A stretch of DNA of 64,000 nucleotides from Candidatus Nomurabacteria bacterium (GCA_020632135.1 JACKGC010000001.1:581124-645123); one strand, 5' to 3'; numbered from the stretch's first letter, positions 9,624 to 18,426 are shown. Notes: generated by a model not told the origin, from the sequence alone. Numbers and translations: made by a program.

Positions 9624-10610
9624 ATGTTTGCCGATCACTTACAATCAAATCTTTCAACGGGAGAAGTTGAGAAGGTACCAACCCGGCACGGCTACGGTGA
9701 TGGTCTCCTCGAAGCAGGGAAGCGTGACGAACGCATCGTGGCACTGTGTTGCGATCTTACAGAATCCACCCAAACGCATAAATTTGCTGAGGCCTTTCCA
9801 AAGCGCTTCATTCAAGTCGGTATTGCAGAGCAGAGCATGGCTTCAGTTGCTTCAGGTATGGCGGCGATGGGGAAGGTCCCCTTTATTGCTTCATACGCCA
9901 TGTTTTCACCGGGGCGTAACTGGGAGCAGATCCGTACAACCATTTGTTACAACAACGCCAACGTGAAGGTGGTCGGGGCGCACGCGGGTGTCTCGGTGGG
10001 GCCAGATGGTGCTACTCATCAGGCGATCGAGGACATGGCTATCATGCGAGTGATCCCTAATATGGTGGTGATCGCGCCGGCTGATGTACATGAGGCCCGT
10101 AAAGCAACCTTGGCCGCAGCTAAGTACGTAGGACCAGTGTATTTCCGCCTTGGCCGTAGTGCGACACCAGTCGTGACCACCCCTGAATCACCATTTGAAA
10201 TTGGAAAGGCGCAGCGTCTGTACACCCGCGACGGTGCACATGAACAGAAGGTAGGTATCGTGGTCACTGGTTCACTTTTATACAATGCGCTGATGGCAGC
10301 GAAGGAGCTTAATGAAAACGGCATCGGCGCATCAGTGCTTCACATGGCCACCATTAAGCCGCTTGATGGTGATGCGCTGGTAGAATTTGCCGCTGAACAT
10401 GGTGCTTTAGTGACAGTCGAAGAACACCAGATTACGAGTGGTCTTGGTGGTGCAGTAGCAGAACATCTCTCTGAGTGCTGTCCGACAAAGCTTGCCCGCG
10501 TCGGAGTGAAAGACCGCTTTGGCGAATCAGGTGAACCAGAAGAGCTCATTGCGCATTTTGGACTCGACGTGCCAGCCATTGTTGCCGCCGCCAAGCGCGT
10601 GGTATCGTAA
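9624..10610 (+). CDS. Transketolase, C-terminal (pyrimidine-binding) subunit
   Basis: The ATG at 9624 lies 1 nt after the upstream stop. Blocks FIQVGIAEQSMASVASGMA, GPDGATHQAIEDMA and EEHQITSGLG. Confidence 0.9.
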   Translation: MFADHLQSNLSTGEVEKVPTRHGYGDGLLEAGKRDERIVALCCDLTESTQTHKFAEAFPKRFIQVGIAEQSMASVASGMAAMGKVPFIASYAMFSPGRNWEQIRTTICYNNANVKVVGAHAGVSVGPDGATHQAIEDMAIMRVIPNMVVIAPADVHEARKATLAAAKYVGPVYFRLGRSATPVVTTPESPFEIGKAQRLYTRDGAHEQKVGIVVTGSLLYNALMAAKELNENGIGASVLHMATIKPLDGDALVEFAAEHGALVTVEEHQITSGLGGAVAEHLSECCPTKLARVGVKDRFGESGEPEELIAHFGLDVPAIVAAAKRVVS

Positions 10611-10615
10611 TGTTG

Positions 10616-10662
10616 ATGTGAAAAACGGCCGGGTCCCAATATGGGACCCGGCCGTTTTTTTT
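10616..10662. terminator. Bidirectional Rho-independent terminator
   Basis: AAAAACGGCCGGGTCCCA-ata-TGGGACCCGGCCGTTTTTTTT, between convergent tktC and the PfkB kinase gene. Confidence 0.85.
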
Positions 10663-10675
10663 GCACCCGATGTGT

Positions 10676-11680
10676 CTAATTGATCTTCGTTGCAATATAA
10701 TCCTCCGGTCGTTCTTCTAGTAGCTTCAAGAGCTCTTCACGCGGCAGTAAACCAGCTTGTGCTCCGATCTTTTGCACTACACTCATGGAGTTGATCGGTC
10801 CCCATGACAATGCTTCAGCGGGGTCTTTACCGAGGATGATGGCACTGGTAAAAGTTGAGGAGAAGGAGTCACCGGCGCCGGTACGATCGACCGGTGGTGC
10901 AGGGTCGGGGTACATTGGCATGTGCCACGCTTGATCATCGGTATCGACGGTGAAGGCGCCATTTGGCCCGTCGGTGATGACTGGGATAGTCGGGCCAAGT
11001 TCGCGGATCATGCGTACCAGGGTTGGAATGTCTCGCTCTTCTGAACCGAGGATCTCTTGTGCCTCCTCCTTATTGCAGAAGAATATCTCAGTTGCTTCGT
11101 AGACATCCTTGATCGCTTCGTACCCAACCTTGATCTGGAACGTGCCAGGCTGAAAGGCAAGTTTGGTTTCGTTATTTTTTACATACTCTGCGATCTCATG
11201 ATGGTAGGGGAGGCCGTGCTCACCAACGGAAGAGAAGTAAAAGAATTTCGGTGCAACGGGGAAGTCGGGGAGTGAGTACGGGTAGTGCTCATGATTGATA
11301 AGGATGGTTCGCTCGGGGCCGTAGCGTAGTACGTAGTGGTAATTGGTTTTCTTGTCTTCGTGTACTTTCACAAAGTCGGTGTGCACGCCTTCTTTGCGAA
11401 GCGCATCAAGGCACTCCTTGCCGAACTTGTCGTGGCCGAGGTTGGTTACGAGGCCAGTCTCGAGTCCTAATCGGTGGGCAGAAACGGCAGCGTTAGGAGA
11501 GTTGCCGACGGCTGGCACAACAGTGACATCGTCGTACGGCAGCTTTCCACCAAAGGGCATATGGAGGGTCTTGCGACCAGTGTCAAGATCGACTGAGACA
11601 TCAGCCTGGTCTTTGTTAAGTTGAATAAATGCGTCGATGAGAATATCGCCGATGGCGACAAAATCGTATTGCTGTGACAT
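10676..11680 (-). CDS. PfkB-family carbohydrate kinase (ribokinase-like)
   Basis: MSQQYDFVAIGDILIDAF N-terminus and C-terminal DRTGAGDSF anion-hole motif. Start set at the ATG at 11680 rather than the tracked 11746. Confidence 0.8.
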   Translation of the reverse strand: MSQQYDFVAIGDILIDAFIQLNKDQADVSVDLDTGRKTLHMPFGGKLPYDDVTVVPAVGNSPNAAVSAHRLGLETGLVTNLGHDKFGKECLDALRKEGVHTDFVKVHEDKKTNYHYVLRYGPERTILINHEHYPYSLPDFPVAPKFFYFSSVGEHGLPYHHEIAEYVKNNETKLAFQPGTFQIKVGYEAIKDVYEATEIFFCNKEEAQEILGSEERDIPTLVRMIRELGPTIPVITDGPNGAFTVDTDDQAWHMPMYPDPAPPVDRTGAGDSFSSTFTSAIILGKDPAEALSWGPINSMSVVQKIGAQAGLLPREELLKLLEERPEDYIATKIN

Positions 11681-11744
11681 ACACAGTGAGTATAGCATTG
11701 CAAATGTCGCTAAATGGTGACTGGCTGAGATGGTGTGGAAGGGC

Positions 11745-11779
11745 AAGGGTGGCGGGCCCCGCAGGGGCCCGCCACCCTT
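11745..11779. promoter_or_regulatory. Orphan GC-rich hairpin between divergent genes
   Basis: AAGGGTGGCGGGCCCC-gca-GGGGCCCGCCACCCTT, a 16-bp perfect stem 35 nt upstream of the L25 start. No convergent gene for it to terminate. Confidence 0.5.
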
Positions 11780-11813
11780 CCTTTTCCACCCAGTTGTGCT
11801 ACCCTACTTCATT

Positions 11814-12455
11814 ATGACAATGACATTAGCTGTCACCATGCGTGACGATTCAGTGACCCTCGATACCTTACGAGCTAACGGTAGTGTACCGGCGGTCATT
11901 TATGGTCCAAAACAGGAGCCAACCAAGATCCAGCTCGACGAAAAAGCTTTCGATAAGGCGCGTAAGGATGCGGGTGAAGCCACGATCATTGCGCTTTCTG
12001 GTCTCGATAAGCCGGTGGAGGTACTTATAAAGGAAGTGGATTTCAATCCGGTAAAGCAGCGTGTGACTCATGTAGATTTTTACGCAGTCGATAAAGATAT
12101 GACGATCACTGCGCACGTACCACTGCATTTCATTGGCGAAGCACCAGTGGAGGACTCACGAGCGGGTACGGTGACGAAGGTGCACCACGAAGTTGAGGTT
12201 AGTTGTAAGCCGGCTGATCTACCAAGCCATATTGATGTGGATCTCAGTGTACTCAAGGAGGTCTCAGACAAGATCCATGTGAGCGACCTCAAACTGCCAG
12301 CAGGGGTAACGATTGAGCTTGAGGCTGAGGAATCAGTTGCGGTGGTGAGTGCGGCTAAGCAGACGCCAGCCGGAGAAGAGTCAATGGAACCGATTGACAT
12401 GAGTGCGATTGAGGTGGAGAAGAAGGGTAAGGAAGAAGCAGTAGAAGAGGCGTAA
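11814..12455 (+). CDS. rplY: Ribosomal protein L25/Ctc
   Basis: LRANGSVPAVIYGPK and VLIKEVDFNPVKQRVTHVDF blocks, acidic C-terminal extension. Start at ATG 11814. Confidence 0.85.
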   Translation: MTMTLAVTMRDDSVTLDTLRANGSVPAVIYGPKQEPTKIQLDEKAFDKARKDAGEATIIALSGLDKPVEVLIKEVDFNPVKQRVTHVDFYAVDKDMTITAHVPLHFIGEAPVEDSRAGTVTKVHHEVEVSCKPADLPSHIDVDLSVLKEVSDKIHVSDLKLPAGVTIELEAEESVAVVSAAKQTPAGEESMEPIDMSAIEVEKKGKEEAVEEA

Positions 12456-12504
12456 GGAAAATTGTCGAGCTGTCCTTGCGGACACACTTTGCTATAATAC
12501 CGGC

Positions 12505-13866
12505 ATGATCAACAGGTTCATGGCCGGTATTTTAGTGTCGACGTTTTTTGTCTTCCCGTTCTCGGTTTCTAGTGAGACAGACGCTGAGCGACGAGCGCGA
12601 CTAGAAACTGAACTCCAAAATGTCGAGCGACAGATCCTCACTCAGCAACGCTTGGTGGAAGATAAGCAGCAAGAACGACAGTCACTGGAGCGTGACATTG
12701 CCATCATTGAAGGTGAGATCAAAAAAGCCCAGCTCGGTATCCAAGCGCGCGCGGTGGCTATCGAACAACTCTCTGATCAGATCGGTGAGAAGGCAGTAGT
12801 GCTCGATATATTGGCCGAGCGACTCGCGAAGCAGCAAGCGTCGCTGGCCGACTTGGTGCGTAAGTCGGCTCTCTTGGAGGAGTACTCACTAGTAGAGGTG
12901 ATGCTCAGCAAGCAGAGTTTCTCAGAATTTTTCACTGACGTTGCAACCTATCAATCCATCAAGGAATCACTAAATGAATCCCTCGCTGTGCTGCATAGCA
13001 TTCGCCGCGACACAGTCGAGCAGAAGAACGATCTCGAGAACAAGCAGCAAACTGAGGCGGAAATGAAGCGAGTGCAGGAGCTACAGAAGCAAGATATCGA
13101 AGAAAAGGAAGAACAGAAAAGTCGTATTCTGACGGTCACGAAGGGCGAGGAGGCTGAGTACCAGGCGCTCCTTGATTCACAACGCAAGACTGCAGCGCAG
13201 CTGCGTAATGCACTCTTCCAACTCCTTGGTGGTGGTGGCGGGATTCCATTCCCAGAAGCGGTGCGTTTAGCACAGTATGCGTCGCGGGTGACGGGCGTTG
13301 ATGCGGCGCTCATCCTGGCCATCCTAGAGCAGGAAACGAACATTGGCTCCAACCTAGGTAGTTGTCTCTTCACCGACAGTCACAGTGATAAGCCGGTGAT
13401 GCATCCAACTCGTGACGAACCAGTCTTCTTGGCCATTGCTGATATTCTTGGCTTCGATCCGTATACTCGGACAGTTTCCTGTCCGCTCTACCAAAACGGC
13501 TCACGCGTCGGTTGGGGTGGGGCGATGGGGCCATCGCAGTTTATTCCTTCCACCTGGGCCATTTATGGCGGTATCATCCGAGCGGGTGACACCTGGATCT
13601 ACGACAAAGGCTCTGATGCTATTCGTCGCATCAACGGTGGTACAGGTCCGGCCAACCCATTCAATAACCAAGACGCCTTCATCGCAACCGCACTCCTGAT
13701 GCGTGATAATGGTGCTGATGGTAGCTACAGCGGCGACCGTCTCGCGGCGCTCCGCTACTATGCTGGCTGGGGCGGCGCATCGAATCCTGCCAATGCATTC
13801 TATGGTGACCAGGTGATGAATCGTAAGTCGCGTCTGGCGCAAGAGATCCAGATCTTGGGGCAGTAG
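12505..13866 (+). CDS. Secreted coiled-coil protein with C-terminal lytic transglycosylase-like domain
   Basis: Signal peptide, about 230 aa of heptad-rich coiled coil, then AILEQETNIG and GAMGPSQFIPSTW (MltB/SLT_2-type motifs). Confidence 0.7.
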   Translation: MINRFMAGILVSTFFVFPFSVSSETDAERRARLETELQNVERQILTQQRLVEDKQQERQSLERDIAIIEGEIKKAQLGIQARAVAIEQLSDQIGEKAVVLDILAERLAKQQASLADLVRKSALLEEYSLVEVMLSKQSFSEFFTDVATYQSIKESLNESLAVLHSIRRDTVEQKNDLENKQQTEAEMKRVQELQKQDIEEKEEQKSRILTVTKGEEAEYQALLDSQRKTAAQLRNALFQLLGGGGGIPFPEAVRLAQYASRVTGVDAALILAILEQETNIGSNLGSCLFTDSHSDKPVMHPTRDEPVFLAIADILGFDPYTRTVSCPLYQNGSRVGWGGAMGPSQFIPSTWAIYGGIIRAGDTWIYDKGSDAIRRINGGTGPANPFNNQDAFIATALLMRDNGADGSYSGDRLAALRYYAGWGGASNPANAFYGDQVMNRKSRLAQEIQILGQ

Positions 13867-13916
13867 TTTTAGTATCAAAAGCAATGGGGATTCTTTCTAG
13901 TGTCTGAGCACAATTC

Positions 13917-13944
13917 AGCCGCGGTCCGTACGGACCGCGGCTTT
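13917..13944. terminator. Hairpin terminator between convergent genes
   Basis: AGCCGCGGTCCG-ta-CGGACCGCGGCT followed by TTT. Confidence 0.6.
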
Positions 13945-13952
13945 GTAAGGCA

Positions 13953-14174
13953 TTATATCTCTGTTCCGACATGGTGTAAGTGATCAGACAGTTCTTTCAG
14001 CTCCTTTTTCAGCTCCTCCATCATTTCCGGATATGCTTTTGTCTTATCAATCATAAAGCGAATGGCGATGAGAGCGCAGTGACTGCAAATATTTACACCA
14101 GGTCCTTCAACAAGGATGGGTGTTTCGTTCGAACGGTACCCACAAAAAGAACAGCTTTTTGGTTTCATCTTCAA
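13953..14174 (-). CDS. Stand-alone ClpX-type C4 zinc-finger protein
   Basis: CSFCGYRSNETPILVEGPGVNICSHC parallels the ClpX N-terminal zinc-binding domain (CSFCGK...LIAGP.V.ICDEC). No AAA+ module follows. Confidence 0.6.
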   Translation of the reverse strand: MKMKPKSCSFCGYRSNETPILVEGPGVNICSHCALIAIRFMIDKTKAYPEMMEELKKELKELSDHLHHVGTEI

Positions 14175-14361
14175 TTCCTGTCTCTATATGTTCAGTGCTT
14201 GTTCTGTTTTGAAAGTATCAGACACGTTGCTAAATGGCAAACATCTGTTATAGTGTCGCCACAAAAAGTAGGTGTGTCCGCTTATTATATTCCAGTGACG
14301 GGCAACATTTTCCTCCGGAAAATGTTGCCCGCCACACGAGGCATGCCGAAGTATTTGTAAT

Positions 14362-14628
14362 ATGAAAAAAGATATTCACCCAGAGAATTACCGCATGGTA
14401 ATTTTCCATGACAACTCATCTAACGAGCGAATCCTGGTTGGTTCAACCATCGAGACTGAAGAGACCGATAAATGGACCGATGGTAAGGAATACCCACTCG
14501 CAAAGGTAGATGTGACCAGTGCTTCACATCCGTTTTACACCGGACAGGAGAAGGTAATGGACACTGCTGGTCGCGTGGACCGCTTCAAGCAGCGTATGTC
14601 TAAAGCAGGAGCTCGCAAGAAGAAGTAA
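14362..14628 (+). CDS. rpmE: Ribosomal protein L31, type B (no CxxC)
   Basis: [10 protein letters not shown] and [26 protein letters not shown]. Confidence 0.9.
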   Translation: MKKDIHPENYRMVIFHDNSSNERILVGSTIETEETDKWTDGKEYPLAKVDVTSASHPFYTGQEKVMDTAGRVDRFKQRMSKAGARKKK

Positions 14629-14646
14629 CGGTCACGGCAGCGAAGC

Positions 14647-14700
14647 AAGAAATAAAAAACCAACCATATCATATATGATATGGTTGGTTTTTTATTTCTT
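14647..14700. terminator. 54-bp perfect palindrome (bidirectional terminator)
   Basis: AAGAAATAAAAAACCAACCATATCATAT | ATATGATATGGTTGGTTTTTTATTTCTT. The core is TATCATATATGATA (14667..14680). Confidence 0.8.
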
Positions 14701-14843
14701 ATCTGATGGGAATAACAGGAAGTGCATTGGATATTTTTTCTTTAAAGCGGCGAAGCTAAAAGGATCGATTTTTTGCTTTTTTCTTTTATCGATCTCTGAC
14801 TCTAGACCCTTGATAGCTTGCTCATACCCTGGCATTTGATCGT

Positions 14844-15107
14844 TCAGCCAACGTTGCACTCGCCAACGGTGTTTGGCCCTACCTGCAACTTTTCGCCAAT
14901 TTCTGCTTGAGTGTATCCTTGGAGCAATAATCGAGCGATCCAGATCCTGCGACCGAGCATTATTCGTTCGCTAGGAGTTAGTAGATCACGCAAGAATGCT
15001 TTGGTTGCTTCGCGTCCTTTTACGGCTGACGCGGCGGTGTACAGTATATCGAGAGTTTCTATTTGTTCTTGTTCTGAAAGTTGATCTATCTTTTTCTTCA
15101 TATGCAT
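14844..15107 (-). CDS. TrpR/YerC-like HTH regulator (appears to need a -1 frameshift near 14862)
   Basis: FLRDLLTPSERIMLGRRIWIARLLLQGYTQAEIGEKLQVGPNTV resembles YerC/TrpR-family proteins. The tracked frame stops at 14844 inside the recognition helix. The -1 frame continues RVQRWLNDQMPGYE... to 14692. Confidence 0.6.
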   Translation of the reverse strand: MHMKKKIDQLSEQEQIETLDILYTAASAVKGREATKAFLRDLLTPSERIMLGRRIWIARLLLQGYTQAEIGEKLQVGPNTVGECNVG

Positions 15108-15108
15108 G

Positions 15109-15132
15109 CATCTTATCATATATGATAAGATG
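15109..15132. promoter_or_regulatory. 24-bp perfect palindrome at the 5' end of the TrpR-like gene (candidate operator)
   Basis: CATCTTATCATATATGATAAGATG contains the same 14-mer, TATCATATATGATA, as the palindrome at 14667..14680. Confidence 0.55.
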
Positions 15133-15236
15133 CTGAGTATTTATTTAGGACAGTGTAGGTAAGGCTGTATACCTCACTGTGCTGCATTGCCATACGTGCT
15201 TGCTATTGCTTGCATATTGAGTACACTTGAGCGCAC

Positions 15237-16226
15237 ATGGAAATTGACGAAGTAAAACTAGCGGCATTTAAGGAAAATCAGAAAACGCAGTTTTTGGCGT
15301 CGCAGTTTGAGCGTGAGCTTCTGAAGTTGCGCGAGGCCGAAGACCTCGTGCAGTCTGACCCCGAGATGGCTGAACTTGCACAAGAAGAAATCAGACAGCT
15401 TACCGACCAACTCCAAGGCCAGTGGGACGAAATGGACCGCATTATCGAGGCAAGTAGGGAAGAGGAAGCTCGGCCATACGGCGTAGTTCTTGAAGTGCGA
15501 GCGGGCGCGGGTGGCGACGAGGCTTCGCTCTTTGCAGGAGAGTTGGCCAACATGTATCTCAAGTACGCCGAGATCAATGGCTGGCCACGAACGACCGAGC
15601 ATGTCTCGGCAACTGAAGCTGGTGGCTATAAGGAAGCAGCATTTGAGATCTTACACCCGAAAGCATACGAAGATCTCCGCTACGAAACGGGCGTGCATCG
15701 GGTACAACGAGTGCCTGCTACAGAGAAGATGGGGCGAATTCATACCTCCACCGCTTCAGTCGCTATCTTGCCGCTCCGAAAAAAGCCGAGTATCGAAATC
15801 AATCCAGGCGATATCGACATGGAATTTTCACGCTCGGGAGGAGCAGGTGGTCAAAACGTCAATAAGGTAGAAACAGCTGTTCGGCTCATTCACCGTCCGA
15901 CCGGTGTTGATGTGCGTTGTCAGAGTGAGCGCTCGCAGTTGAAGAACCGTGAAAAAGCGATGACAATGCTGATCGCTAAGCTCGAAAGTATCCACGAAGA
16001 AGAAGAAGCTAAGAAACATGCAGACACTCGCAAGAATCAGATCGGTACCGGCGACCGTTCGGAGAAGATCCGCACGTACAACTTTCCACAAAACCGCATC
16101 ACTGACCACCGCATTAAGCAGAGTTGGCACACGATCGAAGCGACGCTCGGCGGGAATCTGACACCTATCGTGGAGGCGCTGCAGACCGTAGCTGCCGGAG
16201 GAGAAATAGGCACAGAAGAGGAGTAA
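15237..16226 (+). CDS. prfA: Peptide chain release factor 1
   Basis: GGQ motif ([18 protein letters not shown]) and the RF1-type PAT tripeptide (QRVPATE). Confidence 0.92.
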   Translation: MEIDEVKLAAFKENQKTQFLASQFERELLKLREAEDLVQSDPEMAELAQEEIRQLTDQLQGQWDEMDRIIEASREEEARPYGVVLEVRAGAGGDEASLFAGELANMYLKYAEINGWPRTTEHVSATEAGGYKEAAFEILHPKAYEDLRYETGVHRVQRVPATEKMGRIHTSTASVAILPLRKKPSIEINPGDIDMEFSRSGGAGGQNVNKVETAVRLIHRPTGVDVRCQSERSQLKNREKAMTMLIAKLESIHEEEEAKKHADTRKNQIGTGDRSEKIRTYNFPQNRITDHRIKQSWHTIEATLGGNLTPIVEALQTVAAGGEIGTEEE

Positions 16227-16448
16227 CAAGGGTGTCCAGGTCAGTTGCGCTCACCTCGTCCCTGTGGTACTATCTCGCCGCTAACGCGTTGTGCGGCCTT
16301 ATATTTATTAGCTGGTCGCTGCGCTTCATAGACTCAGGCCATGTGCATCTGTTTATCGGTTGTGCATAGGTTGCGTCGCCCAGGAATGCATTTATTTCTA
16401 ACCCGCATTGCCAGCGTGACACCTCACATGAGTCGCCCATAATTATGT

Positions 16449-17195
16449 ATGTCAACCAATAACCCAACATTCATCGACAAGCTTTTTAAGGCTGGATCAC
16501 ACTTCGGCTTCAAGAAGAGCCGTCGTCACCCAACCGTCAAACCATACTTGTACACCACCAAGGATGGCAATGATATCTTCGACCTAGAGAAGGTCACCAC
16601 CTTACTGGACGCAGCCAAGGAAGTATTGAAGGAAGCTGGTCTTCATGGTAAGACCGTGCTCTTCGTCGGAACGAAAGACGAAGCGACAAAGCTCGTGAAG
16701 GCAGTTGCTGAAAAAACTGAATCACCATATGTTACCAACCGTTGGATCGGTGGTATGCTCACCAACTGGAGCGAGATCAAAAAGCGTATCAATCGTCTTG
16801 AGGCACTGACCCATGAAAAGGAGTCAGGTGAACTTGAGCGCAAGTACACCAAGAAGGAGCGGGTGGTACTCGGTCGCGAAGTCGACAAGCTCAGTTTTAA
16901 TTTCTTCGGTATCTCAAAGATGCCAAAACTCCCAGACCTCATGCTTGTGGTTGACCCCCGTCATGATGCGATCGCGGTTACTGAAGCACGCGAGAAGAAT
17001 ATTCCGGTAGTCGCCATCATGAGTTCTGACTGCGATGCTTCAAAGATCCAGTACCCCGTAGTAGCGAATGATTCACTCCAGAGCAGTGTGTCACTCGTGC
17101 TTGAAGAACTTGCGGCAGCGTATAGCGAAGGAAAGGCCGCCTACGTGCCAAAGCCACCGACCGAAACGCGCCGTCCAGCACGTACTCGTGCCTAA
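16449..17195 (+). CDS. rpsB: Ribosomal protein S2
   Basis: KAGSHFGFKKSRRHPTVKPYLY, YVTNRWIGGMLTNW, and adjacency to tsf. Confidence 0.92.
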   Translation: MSTNNPTFIDKLFKAGSHFGFKKSRRHPTVKPYLYTTKDGNDIFDLEKVTTLLDAAKEVLKEAGLHGKTVLFVGTKDEATKLVKAVAEKTESPYVTNRWIGGMLTNWSEIKKRINRLEALTHEKESGELERKYTKKERVVLGREVDKLSFNFFGISKMPKLPDLMLVVDPRHDAIAVTEAREKNIPVVAIMSSDCDASKIQYPVVANDSLQSSVSLVLEELAAAYSEGKAAYVPKPPTETRRPARTRA

Positions 17196-17236
17196 GTGGC
17201 ACCCACCAAATTATTTGTTCTTAGCTATTATTTTGT

Positions 17237-17821
17237 ATGGAAATTACATCTGCACAACTCAAGGAATTACGAGACAAGACCGGTATTTCGGTCATGCAGT
17301 GCAAGCGTGCGCTTGAAGAAGCTGAAGGAGACATGGACAAGGCTGTGATCATCCTTAAGAAGAAGCGCAGCGAAGCAGCTGAAAAAAAGGCTGACCGTGA
17401 GCTTGGTGCTGGTGCGGTAGGATACTACGTCCACAACACCAACGAGGTAGCAGCGATGGTACTGCTTGCGTGTGAGACTGACTTCGTATCTAAGAATGAA
17501 GAATTTGTCGCGCTGGCGAAGGATATTGCGATGCATGTTGCCGCGACTGATCCGAAGTACATCTCGAAGGATGAGCTTCCAGAGGATGCGATCGAAAAAG
17601 CCAAAGAAGTATTTGCACCAGAGCTTGAAGGTAAGCCAGAAGAGATGAAAGAGAAGATCATGGAAGGGAAGCTCAGCTCATACTTCAAAGACCAGATCCT
17701 CTCCGAGCAGGACTTCATCAAAGATCCTGAAACTACTATTGGTGAAATGGTCACTGGTGCAGTACAGAAGTTTGGTGAGAATGTCTCAATTGCACAGATC
17801 ACTCGTCTTTCGGTAAAATAG
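17237..17821 (+). CDS. tsf: Elongation factor Ts (short form)
   Basis: N-terminal UBA-like LKELRDKTGISVMQCKRALEEAEGDMDKA, and the rpsB-tsf gene order. Confidence 0.9.
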   Translation: MEITSAQLKELRDKTGISVMQCKRALEEAEGDMDKAVIILKKKRSEAAEKKADRELGAGAVGYYVHNTNEVAAMVLLACETDFVSKNEEFVALAKDIAMHVAATDPKYISKDELPEDAIEKAKEVFAPELEGKPEEMKEKIMEGKLSSYFKDQILSEQDFIKDPETTIGEMVTGAVQKFGENVSIAQITRLSVK

Positions 17822-17827
17822 TCACTA

Positions 17828-18271
17828 ATGCTACCAACCGCATTGACCGCACTTGCAGTGAGTTTGGGTACCTTCGTGGTGCTTGTTGGAGTGACTGTTC
17901 AGGAACGCCGACGTGGTCGGCGTTTCTTTGCGGGTAGTGTGCGACAGTGGTGTGATGCTAAGGCTGACCGACTGGAACGAGGGACCACTGAGAGTATCGA
18001 TCATTTTGTGAAGTACATGGTCCAGCTCAACTGGTACTACAGTATTCACAGTGTCCTGCGCACGTTCTTGCGAGCAATCGTCGCGGTGTATACATACTTT
18101 GAGCATGTGTTTGAGCGAAATCGTGAGCGCACAAAGCAACTGCGCAACGAAAAGCGTAAACTCAGCGAGCTTAATCACTTGCGACAGATGACAAAGCATA
18201 AAGAGGAAACAGCTCTGACACCCGCCGAGCAACGGAAGTTACGCAAGAAGAAGCTCGAAGAGCGGTTTTAG
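17828..18271 (+). CDS. Hypothetical membrane-anchored protein
   Basis: N-terminal TM (ALTALAVSLGTFVVLVGV) and a basic helical C-terminus. No recognised motif. Confidence 0.5.
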   Translation: MLPTALTALAVSLGTFVVLVGVTVQERRRGRRFFAGSVRQWCDAKADRLERGTTESIDHFVKYMVQLNWYYSIHSVLRTFLRAIVAVYTYFEHVFERNRERTKQLRNEKRKLSELNHLRQMTKHKEETALTPAEQRKLRKKKLEERF

Positions 18272-18334
18272 TGGCTGGTAAATTGTGGAGGAGTCTGGTA
18301 GGATTTGCCTCACTTGCAGTGTTGAAAGCTGCGA

Positions 18335-18407
18335 GCCAGCTTAGCTCAGTTGGTAGAGCAACGGATTTGTAACCCGTAGGTCATCAGTTCGAATCTGATA
18401 GCTGGCT
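18335..18407 (+). tRNA. tRNA-Thr (anticodon UGU), no encoded CCA
   Basis: Hand-folded cloverleaf: acceptor GCCAGCT/AGCTGGC, D arm GCTC-AGTTGGTA-GAGC, anticodon loop TT-TGT-AA, T arm ATCAG-TTCGAAT-CTGAT, discriminator T. The last anticodon-stem pair is A.C. Confidence 0.85.
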
Positions 18408-18426
18408 CGCAGCTTTTTACAAACCT

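Noticed and set aside
14297-14333. A hairpin GGGCAACATTTT-cctccgg-AAAATGTTGCCC about 30 nt upstream of rpmE, with a CCUCC loop, considered as an L31 autoregulatory or anti-SD element.
   Set aside because: It is only a single stem with no T-run, no obvious SD to sequester and no comparative data. Noted, but not enough evidence to call a regulatory feature.
16227-16448. A 222-nt spacer before rpsB, considered as an S2 ribosomal-protein leader.
   Set aside because: I could not find a convincing conserved pseudoknot or hairpin pattern by eye. It would need a covariance-model scan.
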